Shown here piece after piece: positions 52,755 through 63,409 of a stretch of 64,000 bases of DNA. Origin of the DNA: a virus; the IMG/VR virus record IMGVR_UViG_3300032235_001069, positions 21,693 through 85,692 of that record; one strand, 5' to 3'. Numbering within the stretch: the stretch's first letter is position 1; each line of letters opens with the position of its first letter. The notes beneath the pieces are model-generated. The model worked only from the letters and a program-made list of their open reading frames with translations, ran no database searches and was not told the DNA's origin. The translations under genes and the position numbers were made by a program.

Positions 52755-55700
52755 GTTGGGAATTAGGAAATCAAAAGAGCAGAAATAGGGATCGAGACAT
52801 TAATAAACTAATTCTTGAGAAGGATGGCTTTCTGGACGAGAGGGAAGCTAAGATTTTATTGTATAAATTTCTTAGAGAGAATCCTTCGTTCACTTCCGAG
52901 CTTTTAACTGGCGTCGAATTATTTCCGTTTCAGCACATGGCAATTAAAGCGATGTTTCAGACTGATTATTTTTTAGGAATCTGGAGTCGCGGATTAAGTA
53001 AGTGTAGTCACTATAACTCTTTAGTATGGACCAATCGGGGATTGATTAAAATAGGAGATATTAATGTTGGAGATAAAGTTCAATCACTAAACTCTTTTAA
53101 TAAAGTGCTTGGAAAAACCGTAAACCCTATTCAGAAGACTTATAAAATAACAACAAAATCTGGCGCTATTTCTGAAGGGTTAGATTATCATCGCACTATG
53201 GTCTTGACTAAAGATCTCAATCTCGATTGGAAATATAATAAGGATATTTGCCTAGATGATTATATTGTTTTAAAGCGAGGATGCGATATAGATTTATTAG
53301 AAAGAGATATTTTTGAAGGGTTCAAGTTTAATAATGAAATACAAAACAATAACAACAAACCTAAAAAAATAATTTTAAATAAAAAAGATATTAAGGATTG
53401 GTATTACTTTTTTGGATTGCTTATTGGAGATGGTTGCATTTTAGAAAAGGGAGTATCTATTTCTTCTGAGGATTATGAAACGTTGGACTTTTTAACATAT
53501 TTTTCTAAAAAAATTGGATTGAAAGTTTCAGTTTCAACGAAAACAGCTTCTCACTGCAGAGACATTAGAATATATTCAAAAGAGCTTATTTACTTTTTAA
53601 AGTTTATTGGGTTTGGTAATGAAAAAGCATTTGAAAAAACTATTCCTTCCGCATTAACCAACAATTCTCGCGCAAATTTATCTTATCTTTTGAAAGGTTT
53701 GTTTGATACGGATGGATATTGTTCCGTGCAAAAAAAAGACAAAAAGGGAACTAATGTAAAAATAGGTTTCACTAGTTCTAGCGAAGGGTTAATTGATCAA
53801 GTGCGAAATCTTAGTCTTCAGTTAGGAATTTCTTTTCGTAAAAGCGTTACCTTCAAAGGTAGTAGGTCTAAATTTCCAAATGGGCGAGAATATGATTGTA
53901 AAAAAGCTTGGAGTTTGATCGCTTGCAGTCAAAAGGAAGCTCGAATATTTTCCAAGCAAATTAATTTTAATATTCGGCATAAATCTGACAAGTTATTAAG
54001 CATATCAGATCAATTAATTCAAAATGAATCATTTTGTGATTATATTCCTTATGTAGGCGAAGTATTGAAAAAGCATTTTGGAAAAAAAAGTATTGTTATC
54101 GCTAATGACAATAATTACAAGCTGAACTTTCGCAAAAATTCTAGTAGAAGATTACTTGGTGAAATACTTGAGACTGGCTATATCAAAGGAGAACTTTACG
54201 ATAAATTAACAAATCTTATTCGCGAAGATGTCATCTTTGAAAAGGTCGCTTCCATAGATGAGTCTAATGCTGTAACTGTTGACATTCAAGTTGAAAAGGA
54301 ATGCTGTTATGTCGCAGACGGCATCTTAAATCATAACTCATTTACGACTGGAGTCTTCGCAGTATTGGATGCCATCATGCATCAAGGCGTTCATATTGGC
54401 ATCATATCTAAATCATTTCGTCAGGCAAAGATGATTTTTAGAAAGATTGAAGAGATTTCTAAGACAGTTAAAGCCTCAATGTTTGCAGAGGCTATTACGA
54501 GGGTTTCTAGAGGCAATGACGAATGGTTCATGGAGATTGGCAGATCTCGTATTACTGCACTTCCATTGGGTGATGGCGAAAAGCTTCGCGGTTTTCGTTT
54601 TCAAAGAATGATTATTGATGAATTTTTATTGATGCCAGAAAAGATTTTTACAGAAGTTATAACTCCATTCTTGGCGGTTGTAGAAAATCCTACCGAAAGG
54701 CAAAACATTTACAACATGGAAAGCAAAATGATTGCCGAAGGAAAAATGACTGAGGACGAAAGAACAATTTGGCCCAACAATAAAATTATTGGCCTGTCAT
54801 CGGCAAGTTATAAATTTGAATATCTTTATAAGATATATCAAGAATACGAAAGCTTAATAAAATCTGAAGATACTAAAAATTTAGCGCATAGAGTAATAAT
54901 GCATTTCAGTTATGACTGCGCACCTAGCCAATTGTATGATGCCGCAGCTTTACAGCAAGCAAAAGCGACCTTAAGTGAATCTGCATTTCAAAGAGAGTAT
55001 GGAGCAGTGTTTACTGATGATAGTAGTGGCTACTTTAAAGTCAGTAAAATGCTCGCTTGTACCATAAAAGATGGAGAAGGACAATCCGTAGAAATTGCAG
55101 GAGAAGCTGGAGCTAAATATATCCTAGCATTCGACCCCTCATGGTCAGAATCAGAAGGTTCTGATGATTTCGCCATGCAAGTTATCAAATTAAATACTGA
55201 AAAAAATACTGGCACAGTTGTTCATAGTTATGCCGTAGCTGGAACTACATTAAAAGATCATATATTTTATTTTCATTACTTAATAACTCATTTTAATATT
55301 GTTTGCATGGTTGGTGACTACAACGGAGGCGTTCAGTTTTTAAATTCCGCAAACGAAAGTGAGTTGTTTAAAAATTCAAAAATTAAAATCGAAACTTTTG
55401 ATGCTGATTTCGATAATCTGCCAGATTACCACTCTGCAATTAGAGACTGCAAAAATCAATACAACATTTCTCAAAGAAGAATTTGCCATTTAAGAAAACC
55501 TTCTTCTGGTTGGATTAGATATGCCAATGAATTGCTCCAAGCAGACTTTGATCATAAAAAGATATTCTTTGCTGGCGCAGCAATGAATGACGACTATCAA
55601 TCACAAAGGAATAAGAGCATTCCGATAGATAATATTAAATTCTTACGTGTGGAAGATGAAAGTCAAGGCTCTGGCGCAAAGATGATTGATTTTATTGAAC

Positions 55701-55945
55701 ATCAAAAAGATATGCTTGATTTAACAAAAGCTGAATGCGCATTAATTCAACCAAGTAGTACTGCAAATGGTACTCAGACTTTTGATTTGCCGCCTAACTT
55801 AAAAGGTCAGAAGGGTCCAGATAGAGCAAGAAAAGATTCTTATTCTGCTCTTATTTTAGGTAATTGGATGATGAATATTTATTATGATATGTTAAAGTCT
55901 CCAGAAGTGGAAATCGTATCATTTGTGCCAATGTTCATAAAGTGA
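52751..55945 (+). CDS. Terminase large subunit with intein
   Basis: Walker A SRGLSK|SF, LRGFR, IIDE Walker B, LSSA, AFDP nuclease, KD.YSAL. Confidence 0.9.
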   Translation: MSWELGNQKSRNRDRDINKLILEKDGFLDEREAKILLYKFLRENPSFTSELLTGVELFPFQHMAIKAMFQTDYFLGIWSRGLSKCSHYNSLVWTNRGLIKIGDINVGDKVQSLNSFNKVLGKTVNPIQKTYKITTKSGAISEGLDYHRTMVLTKDLNLDWKYNKDICLDDYIVLKRGCDIDLLERDIFEGFKFNNEIQNNNNKPKKIILNKKDIKDWYYFFGLLIGDGCILEKGVSISSEDYETLDFLTYFSKKIGLKVSVSTKTASHCRDIRIYSKELIYFLKFIGFGNEKAFEKTIPSALTNNSRANLSYLLKGLFDTDGYCSVQKKDKKGTNVKIGFTSSSEGLIDQVRNLSLQLGISFRKSVTFKGSRSKFPNGREYDCKKAWSLIACSQKEARIFSKQINFNIRHKSDKLLSISDQLIQNESFCDYIPYVGEVLKKHFGKKSIVIANDNNYKLNFRKNSSRRLLGEILETGYIKGELYDKLTNLIREDVIFEKVASIDESNAVTVDIQVEKECCYVADGILNHNSFTTGVFAVLDAIMHQGVHIGIISKSFRQAKMIFRKIEEISKTVKASMFAEAITRVSRGNDEWFMEIGRSRITALPLGDGEKLRGFRFQRMIIDEFLLMPEKIFTEVITPFLAVVENPTERQNIYNMESKMIAEGKMTEDERTIWPNNKIIGLSSASYKFEYLYKIYQEYESLIKSEDTKNLAHRVIMHFSYDCAPSQLYDAAALQQAKATLSESAFQREYGAVFTDDSSGYFKVSKMLACTIKDGEGQSVEIAGEAGAKYILAFDPSWSESEGSDDFAMQVIKLNTEKNTGTVVHSYAVAGTTLKDHIFYFHYLITHFNIVCMVGDYNGGVQFLNSANESELFKNSKIKIETFDADFDNLPDYHSAIRDCKNQYNISQRRICHLRKPSSGWIRYANELLQADFDHKKIFFAGAAMNDDYQSQRNKSIPIDNIKFLRVEDESQGSGAKMIDFIEHQKDMLDLTKAECALIQPSSTANGTQTFDLPPNLKGQKGPDRARKDSYSALILGNWMMNIYYDMLKSPEVEIVSFVPMFIK
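53003..54337 (+). mobile_element. Intein with LAGLIDADG homing endonuclease (445 aa)
   Basis: Starts Cys (CSHYNS), ends HN followed by Ser; FFGLLIGDG and LLKGLFDTDG motifs. Confidence 0.93.
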
Positions 55946-55978
55946 CTTTAAAGTTAACTTTTAAGTGTAATCAATAAT

Positions 55979-58027
55979 ATGTCAGACAAAAGGAAGTATA
56001 ATAAAAAGTCAGAATACTGGGGTAAATTCAAAAAAGAATATCCAGCAGAAGTTAAAATTTCTCAAGGTTCTGCGTCAGTTCCACCAATTACGGCTGGAGA
56101 TCCTTTTTACACTTCTGACGCTTCAATTTCTACAGCAAATTATACTAGGTCTGGAGATAAGAACGGTGCAGTAAGAACTAATTCGACAAGAATAAATAGA
56201 GCAGCATTTGCCAATCCATATAATCGCTTTAGTAGCATTCGAATGGGCATGTTGCCATACGAATATGCAGCAGATGGAGTTAACGTAAGAGAAGCTATTG
56301 AGTTATGCCAAAAGGCATATGCAAACGTTTCTATTTTTAGAAACTCAATCGATGTAATGGCTGAATTTGCTAATTCTGAAATCTATTTAGAAGGTGGCAA
56401 TAAATCTTCTAGAGACTTTTTCTATAAATGGTTCAATAAGATACGTTTATGGGACTTAAAAGATCAATATTTTAGAGAGTACTACAGAAGCGGCAATATA
56501 TTCTTATATAGAGTTGATGGAGAATTTTCTTTGGAAGATTTTGCAACTATATCAAAAACTTACGCAGCCGAAGGACTAAAGCCAAACAAACTTCCAATCA
56601 AATATATCTTATTAAATCCTTTTGATATCGTAGCAAAAAGAAGTACGAGTTTTGCAACTGGAGCTTATGAAAAAATTCTTTCTGAATACGACATGGAGAG
56701 ATTGCGCAATCCAAAAGATGACTACGATAAAGAGGTTTTAAAAGGTTTGCCGCCCGATGTTCAAGAAAAGATTAAGCAGGGCCAATATTATTCAAGCGGA
56801 CTATTGATAAAGTTAGAAAATGAAAAACTTTCTTATAGTTTTTATAAGAAGCAAGATTATGAACCTTTTGCGATTCCTTTTGGCTTCTCAGTTTTAGAAG
56901 ATATCAATGCAAAGCTAGAATTGAAGAAAATGGACCAAGCTATAACTCGAACAGTGGAGAATGTTATTTTATTGATAACAATGGGGACTGAGCCAGACAA
57001 GGGGGGAATTAATCAAAACAACTTGTTGGCTATGCAGCAGCTTTTCATGAACGAAAGCGTTGGAAGAGTGTTAGTTTCTGATTACACAACAAAAGCAGAA
57101 TTCATTATTCCAGACATTTCCAAAATAATTGGACCAGAAAAATACCAAGTCCTGAATGAAGACATAAGACAAGGATTACAAAACATAATGATCGGTAGTG
57201 AAAAATATAATACTACCGAAGTTAAAGCTCGGATATTCATGGATAGATTGAATGAAGCAAGAAGAGCTTTCTTGAATGATTTCTTGCAAAGAGAGATTAG
57301 AAGAACTGCAAAAAATTTAGGATTTAGATCTATTCCAACAGCTAAGTTTGTAGATATGGACTCAAAGGATGAAACTGAAGTCCTTAGAATTACAACTCGC
57401 TTAATGGAGCTAGGCATTATAACTCCTCAACAAGGATTAGACGTATTCAATACTGGAAGATTCCCAAGTTCTGAAGATATAGGAACTGTTCAAGATGAAT
57501 TCGTTAAAGAAAGAAAGAAGGGTTATTATAATCCTCTTGTGGGTGGCGTTCCCGTTATTGCTCCTCCAGCTCCTAAAGTTCCAGCTGGAGCAAACGTTCC
57601 ACCAGCAGCTGCAAATCCAGCCTTACAAAAAAATACAACTCCTAAATCTCCAGGCCGTCCAACTGGAACTAAAAAACCAACTTCTCAAAAAGTAGTAAAA
57701 GCATATTCTCAAAAAAATATTCAAAACATTGTTGGCAAGGTAGATAACTTCAGAAAACAAGTCGAAGAAAAATTAAAAGCAAAATACGAGATTGAAACTT
57801 TAAATGAAAGTCAAACTCAAATGGCTGATAAACTTTGCGAGTCGATTGTATGCGCTACAGAAATGGATCAATGGATGAATCAATTAGAAACTTGTGTAAT
57901 TGATATTAATAAAATTCAAGAGCTTAATACAATTGACAAAGTTTTAGATATTTCTGTCGAACATGAGCTAGAAGTTTACCCGTCTGCAATTTTATATCAT
58001 TCCGAAAAAGATGAACAATCAATATAA
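55979..58027 (+). CDS. Portal protein
   Basis: Position after terminase, size, 'REYYRSGN.F', Pro-rich linker GRP.G. Confidence 0.75.
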   Translation: MSDKRKYNKKSEYWGKFKKEYPAEVKISQGSASVPPITAGDPFYTSDASISTANYTRSGDKNGAVRTNSTRINRAAFANPYNRFSSIRMGMLPYEYAADGVNVREAIELCQKAYANVSIFRNSIDVMAEFANSEIYLEGGNKSSRDFFYKWFNKIRLWDLKDQYFREYYRSGNIFLYRVDGEFSLEDFATISKTYAAEGLKPNKLPIKYILLNPFDIVAKRSTSFATGAYEKILSEYDMERLRNPKDDYDKEVLKGLPPDVQEKIKQGQYYSSGLLIKLENEKLSYSFYKKQDYEPFAIPFGFSVLEDINAKLELKKMDQAITRTVENVILLITMGTEPDKGGINQNNLLAMQQLFMNESVGRVLVSDYTTKAEFIIPDISKIIGPEKYQVLNEDIRQGLQNIMIGSEKYNTTEVKARIFMDRLNEARRAFLNDFLQREIRRTAKNLGFRSIPTAKFVDMDSKDETEVLRITTRLMELGIITPQQGLDVFNTGRFPSSEDIGTVQDEFVKERKKGYYNPLVGGVPVIAPPAPKVPAGANVPPAAANPALQKNTTPKSPGRPTGTKKPTSQKVVKAYSQKNIQNIVGKVDNFRKQVEEKLKAKYEIETLNESQTQMADKLCESIVCATEMDQWMNQLETCVIDINKIQELNTIDKVLDISVEHELEVYPSAILYHSEKDEQSI

Positions 58028-59552
58028 ATATATAACACAATTTACAAATGGTCAAATTAAAGTTTGCCCAATTTTAACCGAAGAAAAAATTACTAGAGCA
58101 TCTTTAGAAAATTTATCATCACTAATTCCGAATGAAGAAGTAGATCTTAATGAAAATATCGATCTTTTGGGAGTCGCATTTAATGCTGCGTTAGTAAATC
58201 GTTTCAATAAAAATGATGATGGCATTGATACGGAAACTGCATTAAGAATTGCTAAACTTTTTAAACATAAGCCAACAAATATCGAACACAAAAAAGAAAA
58301 AGTTGTTGGGCATATTTTAACTGCTGGATTTAGTAGGTATGGAGATAGCCAAATTTTAACGCCAGACGAATTAAATAATTATTCCGATGTTTTTAATATT
58401 TCTTTGGGCGCTGTTGTCTATAAATTTGTTAATAAAGAATTTGCTTTAGCGTTGCAATCTTCGTCCGAAGATCCATCAAGCGAATACTATGGTAAAATTT
58501 CTACAAGTTGGGAATTAGGTTTTAATGATTACAAAATTGCAATTGGTTCTGACAATTTAAAAGATGCGGAAATTGTTAGCGATCAAAAACATATAGAAGA
58601 ATTAAAAAGCAAATTAAAATCTTATGGAGGTTCTGGAAAGCTTGATGATGGAACAAAAATTTATCGTTTAGTAGTCGGAGAAGTATATCCACTCGGTATT
58701 GGTTTTACAACAAATCCTGCCGCAGATGTTAATGGAGTCATTACCGACAAGGCTGAAAATTACGAACCAAAAGAAGAACCAAAAGCCAAAATCTATCATT
58801 TCAAATCTCACTTTTTCACCAAAAAAAATTCCCAATCACAAAACACCACTGTAAACCATCAAAAAGAAAGTGCCATGAATTTAGACAATCTTATTTCCGA
58901 AGTTAAAGAAGCTCTTTTGGAAAAGAAAATTTCCCAAGAAGCTGCAGCAAACATGACTGCAACATTTACCGAAGCAATCAAAAAGAAGGACGAAGAATAT
59001 CGCAAGGATATTGAACAAGCTAAACTTTCCGTTGAAAATGCGGAAAAAGAAAAGCTCGAACTTAAAGCTTCCGTTGAGCAAGTTCAAGAACAATTAGCTG
59101 AAGCGCTTTCCAAAATTAATGAGTTTGAAACTCAAAGAAAAGCTGCAGAAGCTCTCGCTCGTTTCAATGTCAGAATGCAAGAAATCGACGAAGCGTTTGA
59201 ACTCGATGACGAAGATCGTCAAGTCTTGGCAGAAGACATTAAGAATTTAGAAGAAAGCGAAGAAGCTTTCGCTGCTTTCAAAAAGAAACTCGGCGTAATG
59301 TGGAAGAACAAAGATAAGCAAGCAAAGCAAGAAAAAGAAAAACAAATGAAAGCTGCTATCGACGCAGAAGTCGAAAAAAGAATTTCAGAATTAAAATCCA
59401 AAGCTTCAGCTTCCGTTGAAGACGCTTTGGATAAAGTCGAAGCTTCCGAAGTTGGAGTGCCAAACAATAATGAGCAATCCTCTCAAGCTCCTAAATCACT
59501 AATTGAAAAATTCAAGGGTGCATTTAGCAAAGACAACATCACAATTTCTTAA
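58011..59552 (+). CDS. Prohead protease / scaffold fusion
   Basis: N.NDD, NIEH, VVGH, S.SWE, G.GFT.NPAA; long acidic coiled-coil C-terminus. Confidence 0.75.
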   Translation: MNNQYKYITQFTNGQIKVCPILTEEKITRASLENLSSLIPNEEVDLNENIDLLGVAFNAALVNRFNKNDDGIDTETALRIAKLFKHKPTNIEHKKEKVVGHILTAGFSRYGDSQILTPDELNNYSDVFNISLGAVVYKFVNKEFALALQSSSEDPSSEYYGKISTSWELGFNDYKIAIGSDNLKDAEIVSDQKHIEELKSKLKSYGGSGKLDDGTKIYRLVVGEVYPLGIGFTTNPAADVNGVITDKAENYEPKEEPKAKIYHFKSHFFTKKNSQSQNTTVNHQKESAMNLDNLISEVKEALLEKKISQEAAANMTATFTEAIKKKDEEYRKDIEQAKLSVENAEKEKLELKASVEQVQEQLAEALSKINEFETQRKAAEALARFNVRMQEIDEAFELDDEDRQVLAEDIKNLEESEEAFAAFKKKLGVMWKNKDKQAKQEKEKQMKAAIDAEVEKRISELKSKASASVEDALDKVEASEVGVPNNNEQSSQAPKSLIEKFKGAFSKDNITIS

Positions 59553-59582
59553 CAGAAAAACTAAACAAATAAATAAAATAAT

Positions 59583-60200
59583 ATGGGCAAAAGACTATTA
59601 CCCTTTAGACAATATAATGAACATGAAGTTATCAACATGTTCGCACTCGAAGACGCTTCGGTTAACGAAAACATTACTGGCTTTGGTGCTGGTGATGCTG
59701 GAGTTTTCGTAAAAGTTGCGGCTGGAAATTTGGATCTTGATCCCGTTACATACGGATCGAATTCCTATCTTGGAAAAACTGATTATCCATTCGTTGGATC
59801 AAATGCATATCCATCCGTATCTCTTAAAGTAGCTCCTGCAGCTTCTGGTGATATCAAACCTCTCGGAATTACACTTTTCGAAACTGCAAAGTATGATGAA
59901 AATGGTGAAAAGCTTCTTTATTACAAGCAAAAAGCTATTGACCATCAAGTGTTGCTCCCTGGTCAATCCGTACCTGTTGCAACTCGCGGAGTATTCACAG
60001 TTTCCTCAAGAGCTTATGATGGTACTTTGACTGTTGGCGCTGGATTTAAACTTTCTGCAACTGCAGGAAAAATTACAGGTGCAGCTTTAACTGATTCTGC
60101 AGCTATTGGATCAGTTCTCGCTACTGGTTCAAGAGGCGCTAATGGCGCTACTCTTGCAGACACCTTCTCTGGTAATTACGCAATCATCAAATTAGGCTAA
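59583..60200 (+). CDS. Head decoration/cement protein
   Basis: Small G/A-rich gene between scaffold and capsid genes. Confidence 0.55.
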   Translation: MGKRLLPFRQYNEHEVINMFALEDASVNENITGFGAGDAGVFVKVAAGNLDLDPVTYGSNSYLGKTDYPFVGSNAYPSVSLKVAPAASGDIKPLGITLFETAKYDENGEKLLYYKQKAIDHQVLLPGQSVPVATRGVFTVSSRAYDGTLTVGAGFKLSATAGKITGAALTDSAAIGSVLATGSRGANGATLADTFSGNYAIIKLG

Positions 60201-60222
60201 TAATTTAAATTTAAAAAGTAAT

Positions 60223-61383
60223 ATGAAAATCTCACTTAAAAGAACTCCTGAACAGATCGAATTGGTAAAGGCTATGGCCTCCAAGAATCGTGACGTTGCT
60301 TACGAAGCACAAGTAGCTTTGGCGCAATTCCTCGGACCTGTTCTCGCAGAAGTTATCAACAATGCTCCTGTATTGTCTAACCTCTTCTCAACTCTTCAAT
60401 TCAATTCCGAAGATAATCCTTCAATTCCTTTGGATTTGTATTATGACATTACTGATGAAGATTACATTCAAGTTTACAGCCAATCCGTAGCTGGCGGTCT
60501 TCCAACAAATCAAGTGTTGCCTGCAACACAAGAAATGAAGATTACAACCTACACTCTTGATTCTGCTCTCAGCTTCGATAAGCGTTATGCAGCTAAGAGC
60601 CGTATGGATGTAGTCAGCAAGACTTTCACTCGCATGGCTCAAGAAATTCTCTTCAAACAAGAAAGAACTTCTGCAAGCTTAGTTTTGACAGCTTTGGCAA
60701 ATGCAACCACAAATGGCCAAAAGCATGTTCAACGTGCTAACGCAGCTGGTCGTTTCTTGTTGCAAGACATGAACGAACTCTTGACACTTTCTCGTAGGGT
60801 CTTCACATCTTTCACTGGTGGAACTCCCGCTGGTGGAGTATCTGGAATGGGAATCACTGATTTGATGATTTCTCCAGAAATCGAAGAAGAGCTTCGCGCA
60901 ATGGCTTACAATCCAATCAACACAAAGGGTGTATTGGCAACAACTCCAGATGGAGGTAATGCTGGTATCGCTGCTCCTGATTCAGTTCGTGTTGGATTGT
61001 TCAATGGTGCTGGCGTTCCTTCTTTCTACGGCGTCAATCTCTTGATCTTCAATGAATTTGGTGTTGGCAGGAAGTTCAATGATATCTTCGACACCGTCGC
61101 TTCTTCTACAACCTACGCTAAAGCTGATGGTAGTGGTGGAGCTGCATTCGAAGGCGCAACATCTGGAACAAGAGACGAGTTGCTTCTCGGCATCAATCGT
61201 AATCGCGAATCATTGATTCGTGCGGTTGCAACTGATTCGGAAAGTGGCGCTGAGTTCTCATTGATCGCTGACGATCAATACAGCATCCGCCAAAACAAGA
61301 TCGGATACTTCGGTTCTCTCGAAGAAGGTCGTATGGTACTCGATACCCGCGCACTCTTCGGTAAGATCATCAGACGTTCCTAG
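60223..61383 (+). CDS. Major capsid protein
   Basis: Position, 386 aa, optimised codons, followed by terminator. Confidence 0.8.
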   Translation: MKISLKRTPEQIELVKAMASKNRDVAYEAQVALAQFLGPVLAEVINNAPVLSNLFSTLQFNSEDNPSIPLDLYYDITDEDYIQVYSQSVAGGLPTNQVLPATQEMKITTYTLDSALSFDKRYAAKSRMDVVSKTFTRMAQEILFKQERTSASLVLTALANATTNGQKHVQRANAAGRFLLQDMNELLTLSRRVFTSFTGGTPAGGVSGMGITDLMISPEIEEELRAMAYNPINTKGVLATTPDGGNAGIAAPDSVRVGLFNGAGVPSFYGVNLLIFNEFGVGRKFNDIFDTVASSTTYAKADGSGGAAFEGATSGTRDELLLGINRNRESLIRAVATDSESGAEFSLIADDQYSIRQNKIGYFGSLEEGRMVLDTRALFGKIIRRS

Positions 61384-61404
61384 TCTTAATTAATTAAAAA
61401 AAGA

Positions 61405-61438
61405 GTGGCCGCTCCTTTAAAGAGCGGCCATTTTTTTT
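61405..61438 (+). terminator. Rho-independent terminator
   Basis: TGGCCGCTC-CTTTAAA-GAGCGGCCA plus T-run. Confidence 0.85.
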
Positions 61439-61451
61439 ATAATATTATGAT

Positions 61452-61811
61452 ATGAAAGACATAGATTCATTGGAGCAAACAAATGGTAAAGATTTTATTG
61501 CAAAACAAAAAAGTTTAGAATCACTTTTGGGTATTGATAAGATTAGTCCATTTGGCACAAATGAACTAGAAGTTTTTGAGGAAAATCTTAAAGGCGCAAC
61601 TCATGCAGATCTTCAAAAGATTGCTCAACGAGTTGGCCTTAATCCTTTTTTGGACAGAAGCAGATTAAAGAATGCTTTAGTAAAAGAATTTAAAGCGTAT
61701 TCAAAAAATTCTAGAAGAAATTTAATTCCTCAAGCTGCACACCAAATTAAACTTGATAAAAATAATCCAAAGCACGCAAGAACATTAAAGATTTTGGGGG
61801 AAATTAATTAA
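61452..61811 (+). CDS. Hypothetical protein (head module)
   Basis: ORF. Confidence 0.65.
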   Translation: MKDIDSLEQTNGKDFIAKQKSLESLLGIDKISPFGTNELEVFEENLKGATHADLQKIAQRVGLNPFLDRSRLKNALVKEFKAYSKNSRRNLIPQAAHQIKLDKNNPKHARTLKILGEIN

Positions 61812-62413
61812 TGAGTGAATTAGGTATATTGGCTAGTGGAATATATAGTTCCGAATTTGATTCGGATTCTAATGCTGCTAATTATAGCCAAATTTGCGCG
61901 TGGCTATCTGAGAATTTAGGTTTGTTAAATACATTAATAAACACAAATTTTTCTGGACAAAATCCAAGCTTAGGTTTAGAGGAACAAGCTATTTATAAAG
62001 AAACTTATCTTTATAATTTTTATAACAAACAAGCGAGAAATATATTAAGAGGAATTACTGCGACATCAAATGCTGGAGATAATATTTTATCTGTTTCTGA
62101 TGGAGATAATAGTATTTCTTTTGTTAATAGGAATGAAGTAGGAAAGGTTTATAGGGATCTGGCAAAGGAGTCAAAACAAAAATTAGATGGTTTAATAACC
62201 AAATATACTATCTATCAATCTCAGCCACTTCAAGTGGGTGGATATGAATCTGTAAGTTACGAAGCTCAAATTGCTGCAGCTGCGGCTGGAGCAGCAACTC
62301 AAATGCCTCCAACTGGTGACGCTGGATCGGAAGAAACTCTAGATGATTTTGCTCAAATTTATTATGGCGATGCATTACCTGACGGTGGAATTGTAGATGC
62401 TGGCGAAGAATAA
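61811..62413 (+). CDS. Probable head-tail adaptor
   Basis: Position after capsid; 'SVSDGDNSISF' beta hairpin. Confidence 0.5.
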   Translation: MSELGILASGIYSSEFDSDSNAANYSQICAWLSENLGLLNTLINTNFSGQNPSLGLEEQAIYKETYLYNFYNKQARNILRGITATSNAGDNILSVSDGDNSISFVNRNEVGKVYRDLAKESKQKLDGLITKYTIYQSQPLQVGGYESVSYEAQIAAAAAGAATQMPPTGDAGSEETLDDFAQIYYGDALPDGGIVDAGEE

Positions 62414-62420
62414 TTGAGCA

Positions 62421-63374
62421 ATGTCTGAGCCATTTAGATTCTTACAAAGAAGAACTAGGGTTTCTGGAAGAATTCCAGAAACCAATAGTCTTTGTCATGG
62501 AGAATTATATTTGCAGCTTGCTGATAATTTTCTTTTATTTAAGAATGCTCAAAATCAATTAACATCAATCCCAACAGATAGAGATGTTAGCGGTTTTAAT
62601 AAATTAAAATGGTATGGTGCTTGCTATGGAGATTTTCCGCTGTGGAATGGAGAAACATTTGAACCTGGATCTTTAGCTGATCTTGCTGATGATTTCTATA
62701 CAAAACCGCAGGCTGACGAAAAATTTGTTTATGTAAATACTGGATCAATTAATGATGGCGATTCAATTTGTTGGCGTAGCGGCAATTGGATTTTGCACAA
62801 TCCAATGCAAGGAACTAGCGGAGAAACTTTAGCAAATCAAGGATTTTTTTCTTATTCATTTGGAAATTGCAATCAAACAAATTGTCAAAATTCTTTTGCT
62901 TTTGGTAATTCTGGATCAACACTTCAAGATGGAGAGTTTACTATTTCAAACGGATCTTTCGGGCAAGCTGGAGATTCACAATACTCATTAATTGCAGCAA
63001 GAACTTCAACAGAAGATGATCAATATAAATTTCTAGAAATAAATTCTTCAACTGCTCTTTATCCGATTGATTATAATACTAACATATTTTTTACAGCTTA
63101 TATAGTTGGAGCTGGCGGTTCGAAATTCGCAGGTTTTGAAATTAAGGGAATAGTAAAAAGATCTTCGCAAATTGAAGAGACTTTGCAATATGATTCCGTG
63201 ATGTTTCCAAGCAATCCAACAACCAATACTTTTGCTAGAACTGATTTGGCTTATACTGCTGTTGCGATTGCTGATACGACGGATGGATCTCTTAAAATAA
63301 AAGTAAAAGGTGACGAAACTACATCAATGCGATGGTTCGCAAAGATAGATTTGGTAAAGATAATTTCTTCTTAA
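62421..63374 (+). CDS. Virion fibre/appendage protein
   Basis: N-terminal RRT.VSG..P...L..GEL....AD..L.FK anchor; C-terminal 'LKIKVKG......RW'. Confidence 0.6.
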   Translation: MSEPFRFLQRRTRVSGRIPETNSLCHGELYLQLADNFLLFKNAQNQLTSIPTDRDVSGFNKLKWYGACYGDFPLWNGETFEPGSLADLADDFYTKPQADEKFVYVNTGSINDGDSICWRSGNWILHNPMQGTSGETLANQGFFSYSFGNCNQTNCQNSFAFGNSGSTLQDGEFTISNGSFGQAGDSQYSLIAARTSTEDDQYKFLEINSSTALYPIDYNTNIFFTAYIVGAGGSKFAGFEIKGIVKRSSQIEETLQYDSVMFPSNPTTNTFARTDLAYTAVAIADTTDGSLKIKVKGDETTSMRWFAKIDLVKIISS

Positions 63375-63409
63375 TCGCATTAAATTAAGGTGTAAGAATG
63401 ATATAGATC

